From Candidatus Omnitrophota bacterium (GTDB lineage Bacteria > Omnitrophota > Gorgyraeia > 2-01-FULL-45-10), in assembly GCA_020057115.1 (NCBI GenBank), contig JAGVGJ010000029.1, forward strand, positions 1-51,223: a stretch of 51,223 bases of DNA, given 5' to 3'. Positions within the stretch are counted from its first letter, which is position 1, and every line of letters starts with the position of its first letter. Positions 37,217 through 47,020 of this stretch are shown piece by piece. Below the pieces are notes generated by a model. That model saw only the letters and a program-made list of their open reading frames with translations. It ran no database searches and was not told the DNA's origin. The translations under genes and the position numbers were made by a program.

Positions 37217-37366
37217 CTTTCTGCAAAACGGTAACAGTGATCAGCTGTCCCGCGAGTCTGTCTTGATCTTACAACAACGGATTATTTTGACAATGGGGTC
37301 GTTACTACAAATTGGTAATAATTCGAAGGAGGAAATTTAAGCAGAATTTACGCAGAGCAGGAAAAA

Positions 37367-39841
37367 CTATTGGCTTTCATTAGCGGATTCATCATATTTG
37401 ATAAACATCGCCATCGGTACTGATTTTAAGTAATTAATACTTCCGTAAGACAGTAACAGTCGATGAATAGCATTAACTCCAAATCCTCCCGGAGGGATAA
37501 CGCAATTAAGACGTCCCTTGAAAATAGCGACAGGAATATCGGGTGTATTTTTCCTGCTCTGTTTTTGAATCAAATCAAACTCCATAAGCAATTTCTTATG
37601 AGCTCCCACGAGCTCATTCGATAAGATGGGGACAAGCCCATTTATCCGATCTGGATCACATCCCTCCTGCACGGATGCATTGATTCTTCTCAATATATCT
37701 CTGACCAACCCCAACTTTCCGGTCTTACGTATTTGTAAATTTTGCACAGGATTTATTTCAAAAACCATATCGAGCTCGTTCATACATTTGGATAATGGGT
37801 CCCAAGGTGATCCCCGTAATATATCAACAGGATTAACCGCCGCATTAATTTCGCCCCACCTATGCAAATTGTCGGTATACAGAATAGAACCTGTAATCTG
37901 TGCCAAGAAGAACCCGAGTTCAAAATTTGGAGAAAGATGCGATATAAGAAATTGCCCACCTTTTTCTCCACGCGCAACTGGTTGCAATAAAGCTAAAGGA
38001 TCTTCCGCTTGCTTCTTCTTCATATATTCCAGTGTACTTTTTACCTGTTCATCTGACAATTCTGGTAAAGCAGTCTTAATGTTTCGTCTCAAGCTGTCAT
38101 CAGGCATTGCCATCCAGCTTCTTTTAAAATCATCTTTGGTTAATTCCTCCATTGGTTTCATGTGTGCCGGATCTGGTTTCCAATCCTTTAAGCGCGCCTT
38201 TGCCATATCCCAAATTTGCTGTCTGAGAGAGTGATTGAATGTGCAGGGATCAGGTATCAAATTTACAATCCCTGCTTCTATGAATGGCGCAAGTTGCATC
38301 AACAACAATACGTTTTTCAATGTTTCTTGTTTATATTGGCCCGGCGACTCCACGGGACTAAATTCAGGTTTTACATATGCCGGATTCATAAATGGGTTAA
38401 TAACTATAATCTCATCAAAATATAACGAAAAACTTGCTACGTTTCTCAGAATTATCCGAGGATCAATTAAGCCAGAATACAGAGCTCGAAATATTTTATT
38501 GTCTGGTCGAGGCAACATATTCACAACATTTGTTTCTGGCGGCCATAGGCAACCAAACGCTCCATGGATATCTTTTACCTGTTTATCACTCAACTCTTTA
38601 CGCACGTCATCCCATGTTTTCCCTTTGGCCAAACCAAGAATATTAACAACCATCTCGATAAACATCAGGTTTCTTTCGCGAATACTGCGTACTGTAGTTA
38701 TTGGGCGATCGGCTGGAGCTTTGTCTCGACAACATTTTTTATATTTTTTCCCACTGCCGCATATACATGGCTCATTTACTCCAATCTTGCCTGTTCTGGC
38801 CGGTTTCTTTAGATATGATAGATCACCTACGGTGCGACCAAACTCATCTTGATAATGAGTGGATCCGTCTTCATATCCGATGTACATCTCTCCACCAAAA
38901 TGCCATAGCTCATTCTTTGGTGGCAACAGTATCTTTCCAAGCTCTGCCCAATTACCGCAGACATCATGTTCGGGATATAGCCATTTTTTATTGCCAGCGG
39001 CGATATAGCGACGCGCCCTAGCTTTCAAAATATAATTGATTGCTCCCACATCCTCTGGCTTAAGCTTGCGCGACCGAATCATTGTGTCGATACGCGAAAT
39101 TGTTTGCCCAAAATTCCGAGCATTGGTTCTATTAGTAAGCAAATCTGTATTCCGAGGATCACGGGCATACTCTAAATTGGTAAGGATTAAACACCGGTTA
39201 AGATCGAGTGGGACAATTGTTTGCGAGCCCTTGAAGGAAATAGAAGGTTCCTCTGGATACTTACAATAATCAGAGTCTGGAGGACAGGCTGGATTATATA
39301 TAGTTACGGGATGGTCAGTTATTATAAATTTCACGTCAGAATCTTCGGCAGAAACTATTTCTCGCACCGCCTCGACCCACATCGTGCAATGCATTTGACG
39401 AAGCTGTTGCATCTCAAGCATAAGCTGAAGTTGAGTCAAGCGTGGGTATTTAGTTTTTATCCAGTCAAGCCCCTTTGGCGTTCTTATCTTTTGTGCATCC
39501 AAGTACTCAAAGAACTTATTAAATAAGTCGTGCAACTTCGCCATGTCATTATCAATGATGGCGCGAACAGAGGCAGACCCCGCTGAGTCTATAGCCCCGA
39601 ATAAAAATCTTTCTATTTCATCATTCTTTAGGCCAAAGAAGGACGTTGTATAAAGATCCTTTTCCAAAAAACACTGATTAGGCCCCCATCGACAGCAGTC
39701 ATGAAGCGGTATCACCCGCCCATCTGATAAAGTTCGTTTTTCCGGGCAAAGATCCACATAATAAAACGATGTACCTCCGGAAGGAAGGAATCGCTTTTGG
39801 TACCAAACTGGAACATAGTGATTTCGTCTAGTAATTTTCAT
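37367..39841 (-). CDS. Large DUF4238-like protein with internal SEC-C motif and an uncharacterised ~450-aa C-terminal region
   Basis: The N-terminal RRNHYVPVWYQKRFL matches the HYVPxFYL-type start of DUF4238. CICGSGKKYKKCC is a SEC-C metal-binding motif. I recognise nothing in the remainder. Confidence 0.6.
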   Translation of the reverse strand: MKITRRNHYVPVWYQKRFLPSGGTSFYYVDLCPEKRTLSDGRVIPLHDCCRWGPNQCFLEKDLYTTSFFGLKNDEIERFLFGAIDSAGSASVRAIIDNDMAKLHDLFNKFFEYLDAQKIRTPKGLDWIKTKYPRLTQLQLMLEMQQLRQMHCTMWVEAVREIVSAEDSDVKFIITDHPVTIYNPACPPDSDYCKYPEEPSISFKGSQTIVPLDLNRCLILTNLEYARDPRNTDLLTNRTNARNFGQTISRIDTMIRSRKLKPEDVGAINYILKARARRYIAAGNKKWLYPEHDVCGNWAELGKILLPPKNELWHFGGEMYIGYEDGSTHYQDEFGRTVGDLSYLKKPARTGKIGVNEPCICGSGKKYKKCCRDKAPADRPITTVRSIRERNLMFIEMVVNILGLAKGKTWDDVRKELSDKQVKDIHGAFGCLWPPETNVVNMLPRPDNKIFRALYSGLIDPRIILRNVASFSLYFDEIIVINPFMNPAYVKPEFSPVESPGQYKQETLKNVLLLMQLAPFIEAGIVNLIPDPCTFNHSLRQQIWDMAKARLKDWKPDPAHMKPMEELTKDDFKRSWMAMPDDSLRRNIKTALPELSDEQVKSTLEYMKKKQAEDPLALLQPVARGEKGGQFLISHLSPNFELGFFLAQITGSILYTDNLHRWGEINAAVNPVDILRGSPWDPLSKCMNELDMVFEINPVQNLQIRKTGKLGLVRDILRRINASVQEGCDPDRINGLVPILSNELVGAHKKLLMEFDLIQKQSRKNTPDIPVAIFKGRLNCVIPPGGFGVNAIHRLLLSYGSINYLKSVPMAMFIKYDESANESQ

Positions 39842-39982
39842 AATGAATTGAAAACTTTCTTAGGAAGGGATCGATGCGAGGAAAACGATGCTGACTATTT
39901 GTAATAAAAATTCATTTACTCATATGCCCCGGTCGGCCCTTTTATTTTGCTCTATTACAATCATCTGCATGCTTATATATCC

Positions 39983-40285
39983 AATGACGCGACACACTCC
40001 ATCCTGCTTCTGACCATTTTTGTGGGCTACGGAATACGCTCGAATGATCGAATCCGGCCAAGCCAAGAACGAAAGCGACCTTGCCCGCAAGGTCGGCATC
40101 TCCCGAGTCCCCGGATATGGCAATATACGAGCCTTCTAGGGCTTAATGCCACCCTTGTGCAGGCCGTCGAAGCACTGGGCGATCCCATGCCCAAACGCAC
40201 CATAACCGAGAGGCAACTGCGACAGATGCTTAAAGATACCAAAGAGCAAGAAATCTTTACAAGAAAACTTCGAGAAATAGCATAG
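39983..40285 (+). pseudogene. ParB-like HTH gene remnant (truncated and frameshifted)
   Basis: Two frames join to give ..EYARMIESGQAKNESDLARKVGISRV/RIWQYTSLLGLNATLVQAVEAL..ITERQLRQML... This resembles the ParB HTH region. The frames switch at the C-run near 40112. There is no N-terminal domain. Confidence 0.35.
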
Positions 40286-40287
40286 GT

Positions 40288-41277
40288 TCACACACTGCAA
40301 AGAAACCAATAACCATCTTTCTGGAACGTTTTCCCGTTTGTAAAATCCCTAGCAAACATTTCATTCTCGATAAATACTTCAACCTGTTTATCTACGGGAT
40401 AGATATGAATATTGCCGCATTGATTATTTGTAAAATACGGCAGATCCCGATATTGCCAAGCTGAATAAGCTAAATGCTCACTTGGAGCACAGCCAAAAAA
40501 AGATATACGTGGTTTTACTACATCCAAAAAAGAATAATCTCTATCTGATTTGCGGCCATGGTGCGGCGCAAATAAAACCGCGGCATTTTTTACTGAGTCC
40601 TTGTGATTCTTCAAAATATACCCCCAAGTATTATCATTTGAATCACCTGGAAATATTATTTGTCCGGCAGAACTGCGATAAGAGATAACATATGAAGCAT
40701 CATTTATGTCCCCGCTTTCATTAGCGGATGCGATTAATGCATCATGTGGTGAAATAATAGAAAGATAATCGCCATGCCCTTCGCCTTGATCATTATCCGC
40801 ACTCCAGTATTTACCATGCGAACTTGCTCTTGGTGAAACCACGTTTACAGATGATACCTTACCGTTGATAATATTTTCATAACATTCCCAATCTTCTTTC
40901 CTGAAATCAGTTTCTTTCTCAAAATCTGGGGGTTCTCTTCTAGCGCCACAATCCCAAAAATTATGAACCGCTTTCTCAGAAAATAATCGGTCAAGACCAT
41001 CCATGTGATCCATATCCGGATGAGTCAAAACAAAGCGCCAAATTTCGGATAATCCACGTGATGACAAATATGTTATTGGATTTGTAGGATTATCTCGCAT
41101 TCCATAGTCTCCTGGAATCTTTTGCGAGTAGGAAGACTCCCTCATCTTATCCAAGAATGATTTTTCCTCAAGATTGCCACAACAAATATCGATCATGGTT
41201 GCCCGGCCACTTGACCGTTCGATGATAAAACAATCTCCCTGTTTAACATTAAGACAATGAATCTTCGGATCCGGCAT
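40288..41277 (-). CDS. ComEC-type metallo-beta-lactamase-fold hydrolase (329 aa)
   Basis: IHCLNVKQGDCFIIE, LTHPDMDHMDGL (HxDxDH) and LFAPHHGRKSD. Its start overlaps the preceding TM gene by 29 nt. Confidence 0.75.
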   Translation of the reverse strand: MPDPKIHCLNVKQGDCFIIERSSGRATMIDICCGNLEEKSFLDKMRESSYSQKIPGDYGMRDNPTNPITYLSSRGLSEIWRFVLTHPDMDHMDGLDRLFSEKAVHNFWDCGARREPPDFEKETDFRKEDWECYENIINGKVSSVNVVSPRASSHGKYWSADNDQGEGHGDYLSIISPHDALIASANESGDINDASYVISYRSSAGQIIFPGDSNDNTWGYILKNHKDSVKNAAVLFAPHHGRKSDRDYSFLDVVKPRISFFGCAPSEHLAYSAWQYRDLPYFTNNQCGNIHIYPVDKQVEVFIENEMFARDFTNGKTFQKDGYWFLCSV

Positions 41278-41728
41278 TTTTGCTGTCCTTGTTAGCAGTA
41301 CGACTTTTCTTAATACCCCAAGTCACCTGAGCTATATCTTCGATTTTCTCGACAAATTTATCTACGTTAAGTCCTGCCGCGAATGCAAAAGCATAAAAAG
41401 CAAGATTAGATGGGGATTCGACCTGTTTCGCTTCTAACATTATTAATCCGGCCTTTAGAAAGAGAAAACTCGCGGCTCCACAGATAAAACTAGTAAGCGG
41501 ACGAAGAAAGTACCAAGGATACCAAACCTCACTCCATCGCTGAAAAACCGAAGCGTTCAGATATACCCCCCTTAAACAATACAAAACACCGCCTATGCCA
41601 CCGGAAATACTACACATCAAAACGAGTTGAACTGTTTCTGGCATGATGATCTTTTTCTGGATCAACGCCCACAAAGCTATAGCATACAAAGCTAGAATAA
41701 AGATTAAATATGCTGATACCTTTTTCAT
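41249..41728 (-). CDS. Small integral membrane protein (about 4 TM helices)
   Basis: The start is taken at MKKVSAYLIF (41728), with GGAGGTG upstream. This lies 14 nt after the stop of the preceding gene. It has four hydrophobic segments and a charged C-terminal tail. Confidence 0.6.
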   Translation of the reverse strand: MKKVSAYLIFILALYAIALWALIQKKIIMPETVQLVLMCSISGGIGGVLYCLRGVYLNASVFQRWSEVWYPWYFLRPLTSFICGAASFLFLKAGLIMLEAKQVESPSNLAFYAFAFAAGLNVDKFVEKIEDIAQVTWGIKKSRTANKDSKNAGSEDSLS

Positions 41729-41741
41729 ACACACCTCCGGA

Positions 41742-43139
41742 TTATGTCTTATACCCATTGACAACGAATATCTTCGTAATATCGAGCTTCTTCTTTTTAT
41801 TATGAACTCTGCAACGGAGTAGATGCGTCCCTTCGAAAGCAACGTCGCGTCCGAATGTCAACTTGTCAGTCTTTTCACTCTTATCTTTATAATATATCTC
41901 TTGGTGACTATGATGCTCCCCAATTCCACCATTTGAAACCTCCCACCATACATCAACTTGGTCATAAGGATCGAGCAGGCCACCATGAGCATTCGCCATA
42001 AATTTCAAGGATGACTTAATCGGGAAATATTCACCGGATTTTTTATTTGTTACACTCCCATTAAAAGTCATCTGGCACGAAATATCAAATGTTGGGCTAC
42101 CGCTACCACCGCGGCTATAAAATCTACTTGGGGTGACAGTCCATTTGCCATCGCTATCTATAAAGCCAGAAAAATGGTCTTTTTCCTTTGTAGTATAAAC
42201 TTGCCTATTAGTAGCTTTATTTTTGTAAATAGCCAGAGCCTCAGAATTGGGATGATGAAAGTGGTCATAATCACCGCACGAGATCAAAACAATGTCAGGG
42301 GAAATATGATCAATGTGATCAAGGTATGTCGTTTCCGGATTAGCTTCTATATCTATATGTTCATTTTGCGTCTCATCGGTAAAGAATGACCTCGAGCCAT
42401 GATGGCTTGCCAATAAGATACTTGTTTTTAAGATCCCAGACTCATTAAAACCTGGGATGATCTTTTCTTTCCATGCTTTCCAATCAGAATCGCTTGTCAG
42501 CAACAATGAACGCCCAGCATAGTGAATAGATAAAACCAATGCTTCCGTATGTTGAATCTTTGCTTTTTCAACAAGGGAAGCCTTTTCCGGCATATATTCA
42601 GATGAGCTGAGACAATAAATTTGCGCACCACCATAACTTTGAATCGACGTGGTGTTCGGAACCGGAACAAAAACAGCGCTATCCCCATACTGATCCATCA
42701 ATGTTCGGCGTAGTCGCATGTAATACTGATAATCTGCGTCTTGGGTGGTTTCACCGCTTCGACCGGAATCCCATATTGATTTAATTTCAAAAACATCATA
42801 AACATCACAGAGCCCCCGATAATGATCGAGATCCCTATGCGAATTCACATAAATATCGACCCATTGGACGTTCTGTTTCTTTGACGTATCGTAACGACTG
42901 GGTATGTGCTGTCCTAAAAATTTTATTATGGCATCTTTATCGTCTTGAATTACGTTACAATCATAGAGCATGGTTGTTTTGTCAGGGAACACAATCAAAA
43001 CCATTAACCCCTCGCCAACGTTTAATACATGAAAAGATAACGGATTCTTTTCCGATGAGGTATAGAAAGCTAAGGGCTGAAAATATTTCTGAGCGGCTTC
43101 TTTAGCCATTTTTAACAAATCCGTTAATAATTTATCCAA
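41742..43139 (-). CDS. ComEC-type metallo-beta-lactamase-fold hydrolase with beta-rich C-terminal extension (465 aa)
   Basis: FHVLNVGEGLMVLIV, NSHRDLDHYRGL and LLASHHGSRSF. It is paralogous to 40288..41277. The TTG start has GAGAGG 5 nt upstream and lies 12 nt after the ygjP stop. Confidence 0.7.
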   Translation of the reverse strand: MDKLLTDLLKMAKEAAQKYFQPLAFYTSSEKNPLSFHVLNVGEGLMVLIVFPDKTTMLYDCNVIQDDKDAIIKFLGQHIPSRYDTSKKQNVQWVDIYVNSHRDLDHYRGLCDVYDVFEIKSIWDSGRSGETTQDADYQYYMRLRRTLMDQYGDSAVFVPVPNTTSIQSYGGAQIYCLSSSEYMPEKASLVEKAKIQHTEALVLSIHYAGRSLLLTSDSDWKAWKEKIIPGFNESGILKTSILLASHHGSRSFFTDETQNEHIDIEANPETTYLDHIDHISPDIVLISCGDYDHFHHPNSEALAIYKNKATNRQVYTTKEKDHFSGFIDSDGKWTVTPSRFYSRGGSGSPTFDISCQMTFNGSVTNKKSGEYFPIKSSLKFMANAHGGLLDPYDQVDVWWEVSNGGIGEHHSHQEIYYKDKSEKTDKLTFGRDVAFEGTHLLRCRVHNKKKKLDITKIFVVNGYKT

Positions 43140-43151
43140 AGTAACCTCTCA

Positions 43152-43862
43152 TCAAATCACAACCCTTTCCAGCCTTGCCTTGCGTTTCTCCCAATCCGGC
43201 ATGACCAGCGAAAGAAAGTTATAAAACTGCCTCGTATGATTGGGATATTTCAAATGGCACATCTCGTGCATAATCACGTATTCAATACAATGCGAGGGCG
43301 CCTTGATTAGCTCGGTATTCAATCCGATCCTGCCTTTAGTGTGAACGCAACTACCCCAGCGTGATTTCATAGATTTGACATCGATAGCCGGAAGTTTTAT
43401 GCCGTATTTTTCAAGCCGTTCATGACATCGCTCGGTGATCACGGCAAACATCTGCTGAGCGCGAGCACGATACCATTCATATACCAATCTTTTGGTTCGC
43501 GGTCGGCTGTCTGTCCGCAGGGAATAGACGAAAATATATTTACCCTTTAATTTGACATCCTGTTTCTTGGCCAGCATCACCTTTAATCGATACTGCCGTC
43601 CGTAATAATAATGTGTTTCACCGCTAATAAATTGCCTTGGCGGTTCCTTGGGCATATATGACTTGAAGTAATTAATTTGTCTCACGATCCACGAAGCGCG
43701 CCTCTGAACCTTGCGCAGTACCTTTTCGATCGAAAAGGTATGCGGTGCGCTTACACCTACGGACATATCCGGCATTACGCTGATCCTCAATGCTTTTCGG
43801 GGCTTCTGTTCAAGCGAGAAACGGATTGTTTTCTGTCCAAAGGCAACTGCGTGCTCTGTCAT
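43152..43862 (-). CDS. YgjP-like M48-family zinc metallopeptidase (DUF45)
   Basis: RWGSC...HEMCHLKYPNH (HExxH). It overlaps the hsdR stop by 4 nt. Confidence 0.8.
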   Translation of the reverse strand: MTEHAVAFGQKTIRFSLEQKPRKALRISVMPDMSVGVSAPHTFSIEKVLRKVQRRASWIVRQINYFKSYMPKEPPRQFISGETHYYYGRQYRLKVMLAKKQDVKLKGKYIFVYSLRTDSRPRTKRLVYEWYRARAQQMFAVITERCHERLEKYGIKLPAIDVKSMKSRWGSCVHTKGRIGLNTELIKAPSHCIEYVIMHEMCHLKYPNHTRQFYNFLSLVMPDWEKRKARLERVVI

Positions 43863-46800
43863 TTTGCGTACCTTCGCTTAGCAATATTGATGATCTTTTC
43901 CATAATAAGGTCAATCTCTTCGTAACTTAGGCCGAGCTTTGTCTTATCAGCGAGATAGTCTTCGATCTCGTTAAGCATTTTATTCTGGATATCTGTCTTA
44001 AGGTGCCAATCCACCACGATGTTGCCCTGAATAATCGCATCGATATCGATAGCGATCTTGGCCGAAACGCCTTTGTCGTTGTTGCGCTGGTTTACGGACT
44101 CATAAACAACTCCATAAAACGCCTTTGCCACATCCTTATCCTGCAAGATATCTGGTATATCCGTATCCTTGCGATCTCGAACGGCCTCCATGATTTCCTT
44201 AGCTGTTAGAAAATACTGCGCATCGGTGATTCGCGCCAGCCTGTAATCGTCAATAGCTTTCTTTAATAGATTGGAGAATTTTTCATAGAATACTGGGTCT
44301 TCATCATACTTTTCTTCGATTGTCCGCTTTGTCCTATGGGCTATCATGTCCGCTTTTGCGGCCTCACCGACAGCCTTCGTGACTTCCTTCTGGAAACTCT
44401 CCTTGTCGAAAATATTCACCGGGTCGGTGATTTTGATAACTTCATCCGAGCTGACGTAGGTGTTTAGCAGTTTTTGGATTTTATCCTCATACTCCTTGAA
44501 GTCGACAACCTCAGCATAGCGTTTTTTGACTGACATCCGCAATTTCTGGAAGAACTTAAAATCATCTTTATATTTACTAATCTGCTTCTCCGGCACTTCT
44601 TCGTAAAACTTCTCTGATGAAAGTGCGATGCTCAGCGTTTTCGAGAAGGCTGTCAACCTCTCGTAAAATTTATGTCTGAGCTCTTCATCAAACAAGAACC
44701 GTTCATATTCTTCCTCGTCACGCCGATTCTTAATCTCTTTAAAGATGTCCCACAGATCAGCATATTTCTGAGGAAGGGTTTTTACTTCCTCTGCAACATT
44801 AAGCAGTATGCCTTCCAAGTCCTCCTTATCAAAACCGGATAGCTCCTCATACGCGGTTAATGCAAGATCAAGCTCTCCAAGAATGCCGTAGTAATCCACA
44901 ATAAACCCGTAGTCTTTGCCTTCATGAATACGGTTAACCCGAGCAATGGCCTGTAGAAGGGTGTGTTCCTTCATGGATTTGGCAATATAGAGAACCGTAT
45001 TCCGAGGCGCATCAAAACCTGTCAGTAGCTTCTCAACAACGATCAGGATCTCCGGCTGTTCCGAGTGCTTAAACGATGCGATGACCTGCTTGTTATATTC
45101 TGTTTCACTGCCAAAGCGTTTCAGTATGTTCTTCCAAAACTTTACGACATCTTCCGTGGGCTCCTCGTAAACATCCTCATAACCCTCGCGCTCATCGGGT
45201 GCCGAAATAACAACCTCAGAAGAAACCTTACCAATCTCATCAAGACACTTCTTGAACTTCAATGCCGCGGCCTTGGAATCAGTTGCGATCTGCGCTTTAA
45301 AGCCTGTACCTTGCCAGTTTTTGCTGTAGTGTTCACTTACGTCGTAAGCGATCATGAAAATCTTCTGATCGGTAAGATTGAGCTTTTCGATTTTGCTAAA
45401 TTTACGTTTAAGATCGATAACCTGTTTCTCTGATAAATCCTTACAAACCCGCTCAAACCATGTGTCAATCGGCTTCTGATCTACATCCTGAATGACATGA
45501 CGTCCCTCATAAAGCAAGGGAACAACTGCCTTGTCTTCAACTGCATCGTTAATGGTGTAAACTGGCTGAATAAACCCGCCAAACTTTTCTGCTGTACTTT
45601 TTTCACTCTTGAGTAGAGGTGTGCCGGTAAAGCCTATGTAGCAAGCATTGGGCAAAACCTTTTTCATTAAGGCGTGGGCGATGCCGTACTGGCTTCTATG
45701 GCTTTCATCTACCAGAACAAAAATATTCTCCGACATGACTTCCACAGAACGCTTATTGAGACCCGCTTGAAACTTATCCAACACGGATGTAATTATCGAC
45801 TTTTTATTTTTATCTAAAATCTCCATTAAATGAGCGCCTGTTTTGGCCTTTTCCGGCTCCATCCCGCAATGCTTAAACGTATCGCAAATTTGCTGATCCA
45901 GATCGATCCTGTCGGTAACAATAACAATTCTTGGATTGGGGATAGACGGACAAAGAGCCAATGCCTTGGCCAGCATAACCATTGTAATAGACTTACCGCT
46001 TCCCTGAGTGTGCCAGATTACCCCACCTTTGCGCTTGCCCTCCTGATATTGAGAAACGCGCTCAATCGTATTTTTGACTGCGAAATACTGCTGATGCCGG
46101 GCAATCTTTTTCTCACCGCAGTCATAAATGACAAACTGACGGCTCAGCTCCAGCAAGCGATCCGGCTTCAACAGAGAGTAAATGGCTCGGTCTTGATTAG
46201 TGACCAGACGTCCTTCAGACTCAATCGAATCAAAATAGCGCCTGACATACTGGAAGCGTGAAGCAAAGAGTTTGTCCTTAGTATCGAGGGATAACGGTTT
46301 ATTGACCAAACTCTTAACCTCTGTCTCAAAATCTTCCTTCTCCTTCCAGACTGCCCAAAATTTATCAGCTGTACCGGCGGTGCCGTACTTAGCTTCGTTC
46401 TTACTGACCGCCATAAGCACTTGTGAATAGACAAAAAGACCCGGGATAAATTCATCAGTTTGATTGCGAAGGTTCTGAGAAATAGCTTCCTTTATGGGTT
46501 CTTTAATATCCGGGCATTTGCATTCAATGACCACGAAGGGAATACCATTTACAAAAAGGACAAGATCCGGACGACGATGCGCCTTTCCATCAGACTGCAT
46601 AACCTCGAACTCTTCCGTAACGTGAAAGACGTTCTTGTCGAGATTATCCCAATCAATAAACTTGAGATCAAAGCTTTTGGTATTCCCAAGGATCGTCTCC
46701 TCAAAGCTCTTACCAAGCGACAGCAGGTCATAAATCTTTTCATTCGTGCGGATAAGCCCATCATAGGGAATATTTTTTAACGTGCTGATCGCGTTCGTAA

Positions 46801-47020
46801 TGTTGTTATTGGAAAATGAATATTCGCCCCCCTTATATAAGATCGTATTGATCTGATGCAGTTGCTTTTCGAGGATAGCCTCAAGAATTACGTTCGACGT
46901 TTTCCCACCGCGAGCAATAAGCGCTTCCTCTGGGGTAAGGTAAGTATATCCGAGGTTAATCAGCAACTGTAACGCCGGAACCTGTGAAATATGATCTTCC
47001 TTAAATGACGGCGTATCCAT
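43859..47020 (-). CDS. hsdR: Type I restriction endonuclease subunit R
   Basis: N-terminal nuclease region (PDLVLFVNGIPFVVIECK), SF2 motor (HTQGSGKS, VDESHRSQ), 1053 aa. Confidence 0.9.
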   Translation of the reverse strand: MDTPSFKEDHISQVPALQLLINLGYTYLTPEEALIARGGKTSNVILEAILEKQLHQINTILYKGGEYSFSNNNITNAISTLKNIPYDGLIRTNEKIYDLLSLGKSFEETILGNTKSFDLKFIDWDNLDKNVFHVTEEFEVMQSDGKAHRRPDLVLFVNGIPFVVIECKCPDIKEPIKEAISQNLRNQTDEFIPGLFVYSQVLMAVSKNEAKYGTAGTADKFWAVWKEKEDFETEVKSLVNKPLSLDTKDKLFASRFQYVRRYFDSIESEGRLVTNQDRAIYSLLKPDRLLELSRQFVIYDCGEKKIARHQQYFAVKNTIERVSQYQEGKRKGGVIWHTQGSGKSITMVMLAKALALCPSIPNPRIVIVTDRIDLDQQICDTFKHCGMEPEKAKTGAHLMEILDKNKKSIITSVLDKFQAGLNKRSVEVMSENIFVLVDESHRSQYGIAHALMKKVLPNACYIGFTGTPLLKSEKSTAEKFGGFIQPVYTINDAVEDKAVVPLLYEGRHVIQDVDQKPIDTWFERVCKDLSEKQVIDLKRKFSKIEKLNLTDQKIFMIAYDVSEHYSKNWQGTGFKAQIATDSKAAALKFKKCLDEIGKVSSEVVISAPDEREGYEDVYEEPTEDVVKFWKNILKRFGSETEYNKQVIASFKHSEQPEILIVVEKLLTGFDAPRNTVLYIAKSMKEHTLLQAIARVNRIHEGKDYGFIVDYYGILGELDLALTAYEELSGFDKEDLEGILLNVAEEVKTLPQKYADLWDIFKEIKNRRDEEEYERFLFDEELRHKFYERLTAFSKTLSIALSSEKFYEEVPEKQISKYKDDFKFFQKLRMSVKKRYAEVVDFKEYEDKIQKLLNTYVSSDEVIKITDPVNIFDKESFQKEVTKAVGEAAKADMIAHRTKRTIEEKYDEDPVFYEKFSNLLKKAIDDYRLARITDAQYFLTAKEIMEAVRDRKDTDIPDILQDKDVAKAFYGVVYESVNQRNNDKGVSAKIAIDIDAIIQGNIVVDWHLKTDIQNKMLNEIEDYLADKTKLGLSYEEIDLIMEKIINIAKRRYAK

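Noticed and set aside
37287-37332. Plus-strand TTGACA and AAGGAGG strings suggesting a rightward promoter and RBS
   Set aside because: No start codon or ORF follows the Shine-Dalgarno-like string on the plus strand, and the -10 spacing is poor.
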